Below, one piece after another: positions 9,483 through 17,928 of a DNA stretch of 43,643 nucleotides (the first letter of the stretch is position 1; every line of letters starts with the position of its first letter). The translations under genes were made by a program, and so were the position numbers. The notes under the pieces are model-generated. The model was not told the origin of the DNA and ran no database searches. It saw only the letters and a list, made by a program, of their open reading frames with translations. Source of the stretch: a virus; the IMG/VR virus record IMGVR_UViG_3300045988_006838, positions 1 to 43,643 of that record; one strand, 5' to 3'.

Positions 9483-10109
9483 TCAGTTATTTGCTTCGCT
9501 TGCCATCAACTCAGCAAGCGCGTGCTGGCGCTCTGACGTGGACATTACATAGCGGCCCTTGTCGTCCTTCTTGTAGATGTCCTCGCGGGTCTTTGCGCCG
9601 CCGGTGTTCGCCGGGGGATTGGCGGGATTTGCACCCTTTGTCTGCGTGGTGGAGACAAGCCCCTTGTAGGTGCCGTCTACGAGTGCATCAAGGCTTTTAG
9701 TATCCTTGATCTTATCGCCGTCCAGCTCCAATGCGGCCATTTCTTCGCCGCAGCCGCGCATCGCAAGGTCGAGATTCGCGCCGGTGATGTTTTTGCTCTC
9801 AAAGTAAGCACGCACGGCCTTTTCCTTTGCCGCCTTGCTCTCCTTTGCCGTGATGTCGGTCTTAAAGGCTTCAAAGGCCGAGTGTTCCTTCTCGTACTTC
9901 TCCTTGTAACCGCCGTCACCCGTCGCCTTGAGGTCGTCCAACTGCTTCTGGACGCCGGGTAGCTTCTCCGCGTCCGCCTTATACTTTGTGAGATCGTCCT
10001 TGAGTGGGTCGACCACGCCCAGATGCAGCGCAACCAAGCGATTTTCGATCTCTTCGGTGCAAGCGTCGCCGAGAATATTTCTGATTTCCGCTCTCGTAAA
10101 TTTTGCCAT
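9483..10109 (-). CDS. Capsid scaffolding protein
   Basis: ATG 10109 with AAAGGAGAA RBS (track start 10208 is an upstream extension); charged coiled-coil composition; directly upstream of capsid gene. Confidence 0.7.
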   Translation of the reverse strand: MAKFTRAEIRNILGDACTEEIENRLVALHLGVVDPLKDDLTKYKADAEKLPGVQKQLDDLKATGDGGYKEKYEKEHSAFEAFKTDITAKESKAAKEKAVRAYFESKNITGANLDLAMRGCGEEMAALELDGDKIKDTKSLDALVDGTYKGLVSTTQTKGANPANPPANTGGAKTREDIYKKDDKGRYVMSTSERQHALAELMASEANN

Positions 10110-10162
10110 GTTATTCGTTCTCCTTTTCCTCGGCCCCAATTCTTCGGGGGCGAACGTTGTAT

Positions 10163-10237
10163 AAAAACCGCTATGCTTCGCGGGTTTTACCGAAAGAAAA
10201 AGAGCCAACCTGTAAGCGTTCCTTACAAGCTGGCTCC
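10163..10237 (-). terminator. Tandem Rho-independent terminators between the portal/MuF block and the scaffold/capsid block
   Basis: Minus strand GAGCCAGCTTGTAAGgaacGCTTACAGGTTGGCTC+TTTTTCTTT, then CCGCgaagcataGCGG+TTTTT. Confidence 0.6.
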
Positions 10238-10256
10238 TATTGCCCTTTCCCGCGCC

Positions 10257-10391
10257 CTATTGCGCAGAAGTGCTGTATTTGATTGTTTTCTTGACCTCTA
10301 AGACAATGTACCCGTCGCCTTTTCGGCGTATCTCTGCGTCATTGCCGCGTCGGATAATGGCCTCGATAGCCTTGATGGTCTCGTTATCCAT
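10257..10391 (-). CDS. Small hypothetical protein (44 aa), not in ORF track
   Basis: ATG 10391 overlaps the end of the upstream gene; MDNETIKAIEAIIRRGNDAEIRRKGDGYIVLEVKKTIKYSTSAQ; followed by the terminators. Confidence 0.35.
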   Translation of the reverse strand: MDNETIKAIEAIIRRGNDAEIRRKGDGYIVLEVKKTIKYSTSAQ

Positions 10392-10788
10392 TTTTCAACT
10401 CGCTTTCCAAAATGTCCCGATACTGTGCGGCATGATCGGCGGCAGCGGGTTTCAGAAACGGCTGTGCCTTGTTGCCTCGTGTGTAATGCCAGTTGCCCTT
10501 TGCGTCCTGATACACCCACGGTGTAGGCCGCCCGCCTCCGCCTTCGGCATAAATGCCCGTGCCAAGCTCGACGTAAGCGGCATACTCATTGTTCGTTCCG
10601 ATGATCGCCGCCGGTTCCTGCTCGTCTACCACATGGGTAATGCTGTTCCGCAGATTGCCGGTGTCAACAGGGCACAGCCTTTTCGCATATCCCTCTGCCA
10701 CCAGCCCGCACTTTTCAAGCCCGCGCAGCAGCGCCGCCTTGATCGCGGCAGAAACCTCTCCGCTGTTGTCTTGAATTTCAACACTCAT
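10384..10788 (-). CDS. HK97 gp10-family neck/tail-completion protein
   Basis: AKRLCPVDTGNLRNSI...YAAYVELGTG...AQPFLKPAA matches the gp10-family signature; ATGA overlap with upstream gene. Confidence 0.75.
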   Translation of the reverse strand: MSVEIQDNSGEVSAAIKAALLRGLEKCGLVAEGYAKRLCPVDTGNLRNSITHVVDEQEPAAIIGTNNEYAAYVELGTGIYAEGGGGRPTPWVYQDAKGNWHYTRGNKAQPFLKPAAADHAAQYRDILESELKNG

Positions 10789-10985
10789 AGATACCGTTTG
10801 TCAATGTCGAAATTCAGACCGATTTCTGACAAATCACCATCATAGGCGTCACGGATAATGCTCAGGCTTTCTGCATACGCCAAAAGTTGGCCGTAGTCCT
10901 GCGCATCAGCCTTGGCTTTCCCTTTTATCTCGTCTGCTGACTCGACAATGGCCGTCACAATATCATATAGTCTATCATTGCTCAT
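10785..10985 (-). CDS. Small acidic hypothetical protein
   Basis: ATG 10985 with AAGGAG RBS (track start is TTG); 66 aa; directly after MuF gene. Confidence 0.5.
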   Translation of the reverse strand: MSNDRLYDIVTAIVESADEIKGKAKADAQDYGQLLAYAESLSIIRDAYDGDLSEIGLNFDIDKRYL

Positions 10986-12339
10986 TTCCAAAACGCTCCT
11001 TCCACACTTCTATTTCGATCTCTGCTTGTTCTGCGTTGCGCTGCAAATCTTTACCCCACTTTTTAAGTAAGCCTTGTTTTTGCCGGTCGTCTTTCTCGCT
11101 CCATCCTGTATCGTACTTATCCGGGTTTTTTACCTTTCGGGCGTGTTCTTCAGCCTGAGCGGTATGTGACGCAATAGATTTTTCAAGATTTTTCTTCCGT
11201 TTCTTTATTGCGTCTGTGTAAACACCTCTATTGCGCTCTCCGCTTTTCGCGGCGGAATATACCTTTTCCGTATCTATGTTGGTATAGCTTTGTATAATAC
11301 TATTATACCGCAAAACCGACTCAATCTCAACGGCTTTTTGTTGCTTTTGCTTGCTACGCACCCATTCCTGATACGTCATGTTTTGGATAAGCTCAGTCTC
11401 GCCGGTAACGGGGTTTCTGGCGCGTCTCTGCGCCGAAGCTGTATCTACACCCTCCACAGCGGCGATCAGCGTACAGCGGCAGTTATATATCTCCCACGGC
11501 GGCCCTTGTGGGTCTCCGGGAAAGCGGCAACCGTTAGAAAACTTCTTGTCCTGCGCCACTTGTTCGCCGTCAAGCATGGCATGAGAGTGGCGTGTACGCG
11601 AGTCCAGCGTAGCCACCCATTCTTTTTTGAGCTTTATCCCCATCTTTTCCGCCGCCGCGTAGCTGTCCATGCGTCCGGCGTTCTGCGCGCCGGTCACGGC
11701 GGTTCTGGCGGTGCGGATAGCGGAATCACGGCTCATGGTGGTAATGCGCTTTTGCAAGTCGTCCGCCATGCGCTTGATGCTCTTGCCCTGCAAGATGGAG
11801 CTGGTGACACTATTGGTAATTTGCTTTTTGCCATACTCGAGGTCAATACCACGCTTTAAGGCGCGTTTCGGCGGGTAATATGGCATTAAATCGGGCTGCT
11901 CTACCATAAGCCGCTTGACCGTCTGCTCGTCCCACAGGTCAAAGCCGACGTTTCCCGCGACCTGCTCGATGGTATACGCCGAATAGTTGCGGTTGAGAGA
12001 GTAGATGCCGGGCGTTGCATCGTTTGTGTAGGCCACCGCCACGGCGTTTGCATCGGTCGCCCGCTGCGCCACCTTGTCACGCATGGCCTGATAGCGTTCC
12101 CCGCGCCCGATCTGATTCAGCCGCCATTGCTTATAGTCGGACTCAGTCCATTCTTTGCCGTTATGCACGGTGCCGATCAGCGCCTTCATTTCCTCGTCGC
12201 GCTTTTTGAATTGCTCAAAATATGCGTCGATGGTAGCTTGCAGCTCTTCCCCCGCTTCGCGGTACAGCTTCCCAATGCGTCGTTCCAGCTTCGCAAGCTC
12301 CGCGTCGGTCAGCTTGTGGCCAAGATCACTGGTTGCCAT
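10975..12339 (-). CDS. Head morphogenesis protein, SPP1 gp7 / Mu F family, with roughly 150-aa C-terminal extension
   Basis: RBS GGAGGTGAA; ...WVATLDSRTRHSHAMLDGEQV...PWEIYNCRCTL motif typical of MuF domain; follows portal. Confidence 0.8.
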   Translation of the reverse strand: MATSDLGHKLTDAELAKLERRIGKLYREAGEELQATIDAYFEQFKKRDEEMKALIGTVHNGKEWTESDYKQWRLNQIGRGERYQAMRDKVAQRATDANAVAVAYTNDATPGIYSLNRNYSAYTIEQVAGNVGFDLWDEQTVKRLMVEQPDLMPYYPPKRALKRGIDLEYGKKQITNSVTSSILQGKSIKRMADDLQKRITTMSRDSAIRTARTAVTGAQNAGRMDSYAAAEKMGIKLKKEWVATLDSRTRHSHAMLDGEQVAQDKKFSNGCRFPGDPQGPPWEIYNCRCTLIAAVEGVDTASAQRRARNPVTGETELIQNMTYQEWVRSKQKQQKAVEIESVLRYNSIIQSYTNIDTEKVYSAAKSGERNRGVYTDAIKKRKKNLEKSIASHTAQAEEHARKVKNPDKYDTGWSEKDDRQKQGLLKKWGKDLQRNAEQAEIEIEVWKERFGNEQ

Positions 12340-13681
12340 CGCCGTTCACCTCCGGCGCATCCGGCTCAGCAAAACTCCGGTCAATCTCTTCTGCCGCCTT
12401 CCGCTTTGCCATGTCCTCGTACTGGTCAATGTCGCCGTTGATGGTCAGCAGCTTCTTTGTAATGTATTCGTCATCGTAATACGCCGCGCCCAGCAGAATA
12501 TTTTGCGTTTCCTCGCTCTTGTTGATAATCTGATTACGCGTGTAACTCGGCTGATCCTCAATGCCTGCCAGGCGCAGAATCTCAACAATAAATCGCGTGA
12601 CCTCGGATTCAAACTTATCCGTTTTCAAATCCAGCGGCACATAGCTGGCCTTGATCGCGGTCGCCGTCTGGTTGCCCGCAGATACCGCCGCAGCGTCAAA
12701 GCACTGGAAATCTTCATAGAGCTTCTTTTTCAGCATATCAATGGTGCTGCTCGTGCCCTCATAGGGGGCCTCGATGGTCTTGCTCTCCACCTTCGCGCCG
12801 TCGTCGCCGTTGGCGTGGGCAACGTGCGTGGTTTTCAAGCGCTCCACAAATTTCGCGTCGTCAAGGTCGTCCATGCCGTTGCAGTTGGACAAGACCCAAT
12901 AGATCAGATTCCCTTCGTCCACGTTGTTGACCATGTTAGAGGACGCCAAATCCAGCGCGTCAATGGTGTTGCGCTTTCCTGCGATCTCGGATAGACACCG
13001 CTTATTGTTTTTCAGCGGCACGATGGGGAAACTCGGATAGTTCCCGCCGTCATAGATTTCGGTTTCGCCAACCTCCGCTTTGCGCTCGATCAGCTTATAG
13101 CTACGCTTTGGCTGCATTACTTCCATGCTCTTGTTTTTTGGCTGGAAATACTCGGTGAACCCGTCCATCTCATACAGCGTCGCTCTCAGGGGCTTATCCT
13201 GTGCCACCTGCCAGAACCGGATACCAGATTTCATTGCGCCGTCCTCCTCATCGTAGAGGGGAACAAACTCAAGCAGGGAGAACACCCGCAAATGCGTCAA
13301 ATCCCAGAAACCGAAGGATACGCCCGCAATTTTCGCCTCGCGCGCCGCATTCATGACTTCCTGATCGAAGTCCGGGCATAGCTTGCTCGGCGTTTCCTTC
13401 TCCGCAAAGGTCACACCGTTACCCAGAAGATAGGAAATCTCCTGATCGACCGCCAGACCGAAGAACCGGCTGGCCAGCTTGTGGTTTGCCGTCCACATAT
13501 CCGTGTGGCTGCGCCCCTGCATATCGTAGATGATTTTTTCATAGCGGTTGATAGTCGGATTCATGCCGTTATAGTATTCCTCCGCATCCGCCGCCGTCTT
13601 ATATGCATGGGATTCGCGGTGCTCGTTGATCGCTCTGCGGATAAATTCCATCCGCGCCTTTTCGTCCTCACCCACCGCCAC
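12326..13681 (-). CDS. Portal protein (SPP1 gp6-like)
   Basis: 451 aa between terminase large subunit and MuF; start ambiguous (GTG 13681 or ATG 13651). Confidence 0.8.
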   Translation of the reverse strand: MAVGEDEKARMEFIRRAINEHRESHAYKTAADAEEYYNGMNPTINRYEKIIYDMQGRSHTDMWTANHKLASRFFGLAVDQEISYLLGNGVTFAEKETPSKLCPDFDQEVMNAAREAKIAGVSFGFWDLTHLRVFSLLEFVPLYDEEDGAMKSGIRFWQVAQDKPLRATLYEMDGFTEYFQPKNKSMEVMQPKRSYKLIERKAEVGETEIYDGGNYPSFPIVPLKNNKRCLSEIAGKRNTIDALDLASSNMVNNVDEGNLIYWVLSNCNGMDDLDDAKFVERLKTTHVAHANGDDGAKVESKTIEAPYEGTSSTIDMLKKKLYEDFQCFDAAAVSAGNQTATAIKASYVPLDLKTDKFESEVTRFIVEILRLAGIEDQPSYTRNQIINKSEETQNILLGAAYYDDEYITKKLLTINGDIDQYEDMAKRKAAEEIDRSFAEPDAPEVNGDGNQ

Positions 13682-13716
13682 AAGGTCATTATATGTTTTG
13701 ATAGCCGCTCACCGTC

Positions 13717-14994
13717 CTATCTGTTCCAAATGGGGGTATACTCGCTCTTGCCCTTTTGGCCGGGCACTCTCCATATCGATTCCGTCGCATATCGGCACGC
13801 ATCAATATGGTGGTTATTTGCGTCAGGATAACCGCTGATAATCTCTCCATCGCGGTTCCTTTCGTACTCATAGGAAATAAATTCTTCTGCCGTTTTGGGG
13901 CATCTCGTGCGGTCAATTACAATGCTTGATAATCCCTGCAACCACTGCATAGAGCGATCAATACTTCCCGGCCCTTTTCTTGCGCTAATGCAGCGTAAGC
14001 CGAATTTTTGATAGTCCGCAACGCTCTTAGGCTCTGCGCCGTCTGCTGTGATGAGGTCATCGCGGGTCAGGCCATAATCAAGCAACATATCAGCCGTTTC
14101 TTTGTTCCTCTTTTTGTTTGCGGTCATTTCCGCAAAAATGTATAACGTGCGTCTTGCAGCGTCGTAATAGCAACGGTTGAATGCCCACGGGTCGGGGAAA
14201 TACCCCCAGTCAACGCCGTTATAAATGCGGTCAAACTGCGAAACTTCTTCGTCGGTAATTTCTCGCAGCTCCAAATTTTCAAACACATTTCCGCCCGTGC
14301 CGACCGGAATGCCGAGATACTCATGCTGGTACGCTCTCTCGTCCGTGGCCTTGAGGTGTTCCGCTTCATCAATAAACTGCTGCCCCAGCCATTCAGGCGG
14401 CGCTTGCAGATACGTTGACTTGTGGCACAGGCGGTCAGCGCGTTCCTCCAAACTGTCTTTGTTTGCCCAGTTGTCGCGAGAGATCGGCGGGTTATAGCTC
14501 TCAAAGTTCCAAAACACCGAGCCGCCGCGCATGGTCGACTGCAAAATGTTTCGGATTTCTGCACGTCCGGCAAACTGGTCTTTCTCTTCAAAGTGAGTCA
14601 CGGCGATATAGCCAAACGGGACTTTGATAGACTTAATCTTCATGGGGTCATCAGCTCCGCGAAACATGATCTTCTGCCCCGTCGGCTTATAAATCAGCTC
14701 CATCGGGGAAACCTTGGCTTCCCAGTACGCCGCCATACCCAGCTCACCGATTGCCCAGATATACTGCGCATAGACGCTATCGCGGATCGTGTTTGCCACC
14801 TTACGCAGCACCAGCGCGTGTGTTCCCGGATTGTTTATCAGCAGCAGGGGGACGAGTACAGACACCGTGGAGGATTTCAGAGAACCGCGCCCACCGCTGA
14901 AATCGTAGTGCGTATGACCGTGGCGGAACACATCGTGAGCCACGTCGTAGAACGCAGAGCCGATTTTTTCAGACAGGCGGATGTCAGGCATCAA
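13717..14994 (-). CDS. terL: Terminase large subunit (PBSX/XtmB-like)
   Basis: 425 aa; Walker A-like SGGRGSLKSS; nuclease half with DWGY...DP and HHIDACRY; overlaps small subunit gene. Confidence 0.9.
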   Translation of the reverse strand: MMPDIRLSEKIGSAFYDVAHDVFRHGHTHYDFSGGRGSLKSSTVSVLVPLLLINNPGTHALVLRKVANTIRDSVYAQYIWAIGELGMAAYWEAKVSPMELIYKPTGQKIMFRGADDPMKIKSIKVPFGYIAVTHFEEKDQFAGRAEIRNILQSTMRGGSVFWNFESYNPPISRDNWANKDSLEERADRLCHKSTYLQAPPEWLGQQFIDEAEHLKATDERAYQHEYLGIPVGTGGNVFENLELREITDEEVSQFDRIYNGVDWGYFPDPWAFNRCYYDAARRTLYIFAEMTANKKRNKETADMLLDYGLTRDDLITADGAEPKSVADYQKFGLRCISARKGPGSIDRSMQWLQGLSSIVIDRTRCPKTAEEFISYEYERNRDGEIISGYPDANNHHIDACRYATESIWRVPGQKGKSEYTPIWNR

Positions 14995-15310
14995 TTATCA
15001 CCTTGACACCTTCTGTGTTGATGTTCTGCTCAACAATATCCTTCTGGTCAAGGTACTGCTTGCCAAGCCAAATGGCCATATTCGCGTTCTTTTCAGCCAA
15101 TCGCCACTGACTCCGGCGCAGTGAAATTTTCCCCGCTCCGCGCTTTTGCTTAAATACCTCGGAAAAACTGGCATGATAAGTGCGTTTACACCAACTATCC
15201 AGTGTTTTATCAGTCACGTCAAACCAGCCGCAGATTTCCTCAAGCGTGCATTGCAGGCCGCAGAGGTTCTCGAACTGCTTCTGATCTATTTCCTTTCTTG
15301 GCCTTGCCAT
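14984..15310 (-). CDS. terS: Terminase small subunit (HTH type)
   Basis: 108 aa; RBS AAAGGAGGG; ARPRKEID...TLEEICGWFDVTDKTLDSW...MAIWLGKQYLDQKD pattern; immediately upstream of terL. Confidence 0.6.
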   Translation of the reverse strand: MARPRKEIDQKQFENLCGLQCTLEEICGWFDVTDKTLDSWCKRTYHASFSEVFKQKRGAGKISLRRSQWRLAEKNANMAIWLGKQYLDQKDIVEQNINTEGVKVIIDA

Positions 15311-15405
15311 ACGCGCCCTCCTTTCTCCGCTGGCGTTTGATAAACTTCTCCATGTCCCGCTTCAAGTAGGGACTGGTTGTTTTTTGCATTATGGCCTGTG
15401 CTTCC

Positions 15406-16599
15406 TCAATCGTCATTGATCAACACCGCCTTTTTGCCCGTGAACTTTTCCCAGCGATCAATAATTACATCGGCATACTTTGGGTCAAACTCCATGCAGT
15501 ATGCGTGTCTTCCGTTCTGCTCTGCCGCCATAATGGTGGTGCCGGAACCAGCAAACAGGTCAAGAACATTTTCTCCCGGCTTGCTGGAACACTGCATCTG
15601 ATAATCAAACAGTTTGATGGGCTTCATTGTTGGGTGCTCCGCAGACTTAACCGGCTTATCAAAATTGAGCACCGTGGTCTGCTTCCTGTTTTTGAAAAAA
15701 TAGTGCTTGTGCCCGTCTTTCCATCCGTAAAGGCACGGCTCGTGAGCATCGTCCTCAATTTCGTTTTCACCGTACAGGCAAGGCTCATGTTTCCACTGAA
15801 AGTCTTGCCTTCCCATCACAAGCGAATTTTTTACCCAGATCAAGCACTGGCGCACGCGAAGCATCGCATCTTTGCACGCGCCCCTAAAGTTGTACCCCTC
15901 TCTATCAGCATGCCAAATATAAAACGGTGCGCCAGGCTTCATAACCATTGCTGCGTTAAAAAATGCATTCGTCAAAAACCGCCTAAATGCCGTGTCTTCC
16001 ATGTTGTCGTTTTTGATCTTACCGGCGGTGCCCTTATAGTCCACATTGTAAGGCGGATCGGTAAGCAACAAATCCATTTGTGCCCCCCCCGCAAGCTTTT
16101 GTACGTCTGTCAAATACGTGCTGTCTCCGCACATAAGGCGATGGTCTCCGAGCTGGTACACATCGCCCAGTTTGCTCTTCGGCTCTGCCGGTAAAACGGG
16201 ATCGTAGTTGTCCTCTACCACTGACGTGTCGAGTTCATCCCGCAGACCCCAATCAAAGTCAAAAGCAGACAAGTCAAGCCCCGGCAGCTCATCAGCCAGC
16301 AGGTCAAAGTCCCAATCGCTCTCGTTGCTCTTGTTATCCACCAGCCGCAGGGCGTTCACCTGTTCCGGCGTGAGATCGTCCACGCAGACACTCGGTACTT
16401 CTTCCATACCTAGCTTCTGCGCTGCCAGAGCGCGGCAATGCCCGATTACGATAACGCCGTCGCGGTCAATTACAATCGGCTGCACGAACCCGTACTGTTT
16501 AATGCTTTCGGCCACATTGTTGATTTGCCGTCTATCGTGCTTCTTGGCATTTGCAGCATACGGAATAATATCCGACAGCCGCTTGTTTTTTACTTCCAT
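15406..16599 (-). CDS. ParB-like nuclease domain fused to DNA methyltransferase (N6-A/N4-C, DPPY type)
   Basis: ATG 16599 with AAGGAGG RBS (track start 16728 is an extension); ParB-N motifs (IVIGHCRALAA), TDPPYNVDY motif IV, EHPTMKP, DLFAGSGTT motif I. Confidence 0.9.
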   Translation of the reverse strand: MEVKNKRLSDIIPYAANAKKHDRRQINNVAESIKQYGFVQPIVIDRDGVIVIGHCRALAAQKLGMEEVPSVCVDDLTPEQVNALRLVDNKSNESDWDFDLLADELPGLDLSAFDFDWGLRDELDTSVVEDNYDPVLPAEPKSKLGDVYQLGDHRLMCGDSTYLTDVQKLAGGAQMDLLLTDPPYNVDYKGTAGKIKNDNMEDTAFRRFLTNAFFNAAMVMKPGAPFYIWHADREGYNFRGACKDAMLRVRQCLIWVKNSLVMGRQDFQWKHEPCLYGENEIEDDAHEPCLYGWKDGHKHYFFKNRKQTTVLNFDKPVKSAEHPTMKPIKLFDYQMQCSSKPGENVLDLFAGSGTTIMAAEQNGRHAYCMEFDPKYADVIIDRWEKFTGKKAVLINDD

Positions 16600-16675
16600 G
16601 TGGCCTCCTTTGTCTGACGCACCGGCCTCCCACCACTGGCCTTTGTCATTGGCACGTCTGTACCCGGCTTTCGCC

Positions 16676-16930
16676 TCACCTAATATGTTCCCGCCGTGAG
16701 CTATGTGCCCCGCAAGCATACATAGCATCCACCACGGCGAAATCCTTTGCAGTAAGCAGACTATTTGAGACGCATCCCATACAGCGGTCTGTCAGCGCAA
16801 TCACACCGCGCTGCGCCTTTTCATCAGCCGCACACTGTTTTTGCGGATTAACTGTCCGCCGCTGTGGCCACAGCTTGTGTGCACTTAACTTCTCGCGCTT
16901 CCTCGCCCGCTTGTGTGACTGGTACGGCAT
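16676..16930 (-). CDS. Possible small basic Cys-containing protein (84 aa); alternatively part of a non-coding RNA
   Basis: MPYQSHKRARKREKLSAHK...DRCMGC...; weak RBS; only ORF in an otherwise ORF-free stretch. Confidence 0.25.
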   Translation of the reverse strand: MPYQSHKRARKREKLSAHKLWPQRRTVNPQKQCAADEKAQRGVIALTDRCMGCVSNSLLTAKDFAVVDAMYACGAHSSRREHIR

Positions 16931-17340
16931 TGCAGTCCTGCCCTGCTTTAGCGCTTCAGGGAAAGCCCCCGTCACTCGCTGTGGTCTCCCCTTACGGGGC
17001 ACCTATGCCGCATATAGTGCGTTTTCTTTCGGCTTCCGCCTATCAGCCTTGAGGAATACGCACAACCCTTCGGAACTCCACGGTAAACGCATGGCGGAGC
17101 GCCTACCGCTTCAATGTTCTGGCACACTTTCGGGCGGGACGCTATGCCACTTGCCCACGGTAGTGCCGCACCGCTTTTTTCGTCGCGGATTCTGTCTCTA
17201 CAGGCTCCGTATTGGCCAGCCGTTTTCTATGTGTCGGCACACTGTGGCCGGATGGGAGGCGCGACCTCCCGCCCCTGATCGTGGGGTAGCTCACGCAGTC
17301 CGGCGTATACCCGTCATATACCGCTGGCGGGTAAGCGGTT
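16931..17340 (-). ncRNA. Candidate large structured non-coding RNA (ORF-free, hairpin-dense; phage/tRNA-adjacent context as for ROOL/GOLLD-type RNAs)
   Basis: No credible ORF on either strand; many local helices on minus strand (GGGAGGucgcgCCUCCC, CCCCguaaGGGG, CCGGCC...GGCUGG enclosing GUGUgccgACAC, CGGUA...UACCG). Confidence 0.3.
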
Positions 17341-17368
17341 GAAAGGAAAAAGATGTCCTACAGGACTG

Positions 17369-17452
17369 TGGAGGCATTGGCGGGAATCGAACCCTGCATC
17401 GTCCATCGGTGGCGGTTTCCTCCGTGCGCTCTTCCAACTGAGCTACAATGCC
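17369..17452 (-). tRNA. tRNA-like gene with non-canonical anticodon arm (isotype undeterminable)
   Basis: Minus strand GGCATTG TA GCTC AGTTGGAA GAGC ... GGGTTCGATTCCC ... CAATGCC T CCA: perfect 7-bp acceptor, D-arm, T-loop, encoded CCA; 30 nt instead of 22 between D and T arms; T-stem needs a bulged A. Confidence 0.5.
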
Positions 17453-17564
17453 GTGTGTGCCCGCCGCCGTGCAACGACGGGCCACAAAAAGGAGGGAGAA
17501 TGAAAAATGAATGCAGTTAAAACAAACGAATGGAGGTGTTGTAAGGCTGCACGTCCTCATAACT

Positions 17565-17573
17565 ATTGTACCA
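17565..17573 (-). promoter_or_regulatory. Extended -10 promoter (TGGTACAAT) upstream of the tRNA-like gene
   Basis: Minus strand ...AAAAGTGTGGTACAATAGTT in an AT-rich intergenic patch; no good -35; about 95-nt leader containing an 8-bp GC hairpin (17454..17484). Confidence 0.4.
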
Positions 17574-17630
17574 CACTTTTTGCAATGTTTATAGTGCAAA
17601 AACGCGGATTTTCTAAAGTAGTTATTCTAA

Positions 17631-17783
17631 TTAAACACTTTTGCTGCATTTCAGTTTATAGATTTCATTTTCCAGTTCATCCACAAGCTTATCCCTCGCC
17701 TGATAGCGCCCCCAAAGCGCCAATATGGTTTGTTTCGCCTCATCCAGCGCCTTGATTTGGCGGTCGATGTCAGCTTGGTTCAC
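17631..17783 (-). CDS. Small coiled-coil protein (50 aa), not in ORF track
   Basis: GTG 17783 with GGAAAGGAG RBS; NQADIDRQIKALDEAKQTILALWGRYQARDKLVDELENEIYKLKCSKSV. Confidence 0.4.
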   Translation of the reverse strand: MNQADIDRQIKALDEAKQTILALWGRYQARDKLVDELENEIYKLKCSKSV

Positions 17784-17928
17784 GCCGTATCAACTCCTTT
17801 CCGCATTGTGGGCAGTAATTGCTTTTGCTGCCCGTCACAAGGCCACAGTAGGGGCACTCGATCCGTATCGCCCATTTGGGCCAATCTTTTCCCTCTGTGG
17901 ACTTGTCGCGTATAATCCATTTATCCAT
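17770..17928 (-). CDS. Small zinc-ribbon protein (52 aa), not in ORF track
   Basis: ATG 17928 overlaps upstream TAA (TAATG); ...ECPYCGLVTGSKSNYCPQCGKEL. Confidence 0.45.
   Translation of the reverse strand: MDKWIIRDKSTEGKDWPKWAIRIECPYCGLVTGSKSNYCPQCGKELIRREPS

Noticed and set aside
8252-9700. 482-aa plus-strand ORF, and many other long plus-strand ORFs (such as 5208..5888, 12155..12994, 15391..16194, 30548..31330)
   Set aside because: They are antisense to clearly recognisable structural or enzymatic genes. Their compositions are Arg/Ala/Gly/His-rich with no motifs, as is typical of stop-poor antisense frames in GC-rich DNA. None has an RBS.
16600-17368. Known housekeeping RNAs (RNase P RNA, tmRNA, group I/II intron, retron msr/msd) as the explanation for the ORF-free region
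   Set aside because: I could not find the RNase P conserved blocks (GAGGAAAGUCC, ACAGAAxxCGGCUUA), a tmRNA tag frame or 5' GGGG acceptor, group II 5' GUGYG or domain V, or any reverse transcriptase or homing endonuclease nearby. This rests on memory of consensus sequences and still needs a covariance-model scan.
17291-17599. 102-aa minus-strand ORF overlapping the tRNA-like gene and its leader
   Set aside because: It runs straight through the tRNA-like element and the AT-rich promoter patch. It has implausible composition and no RBS.
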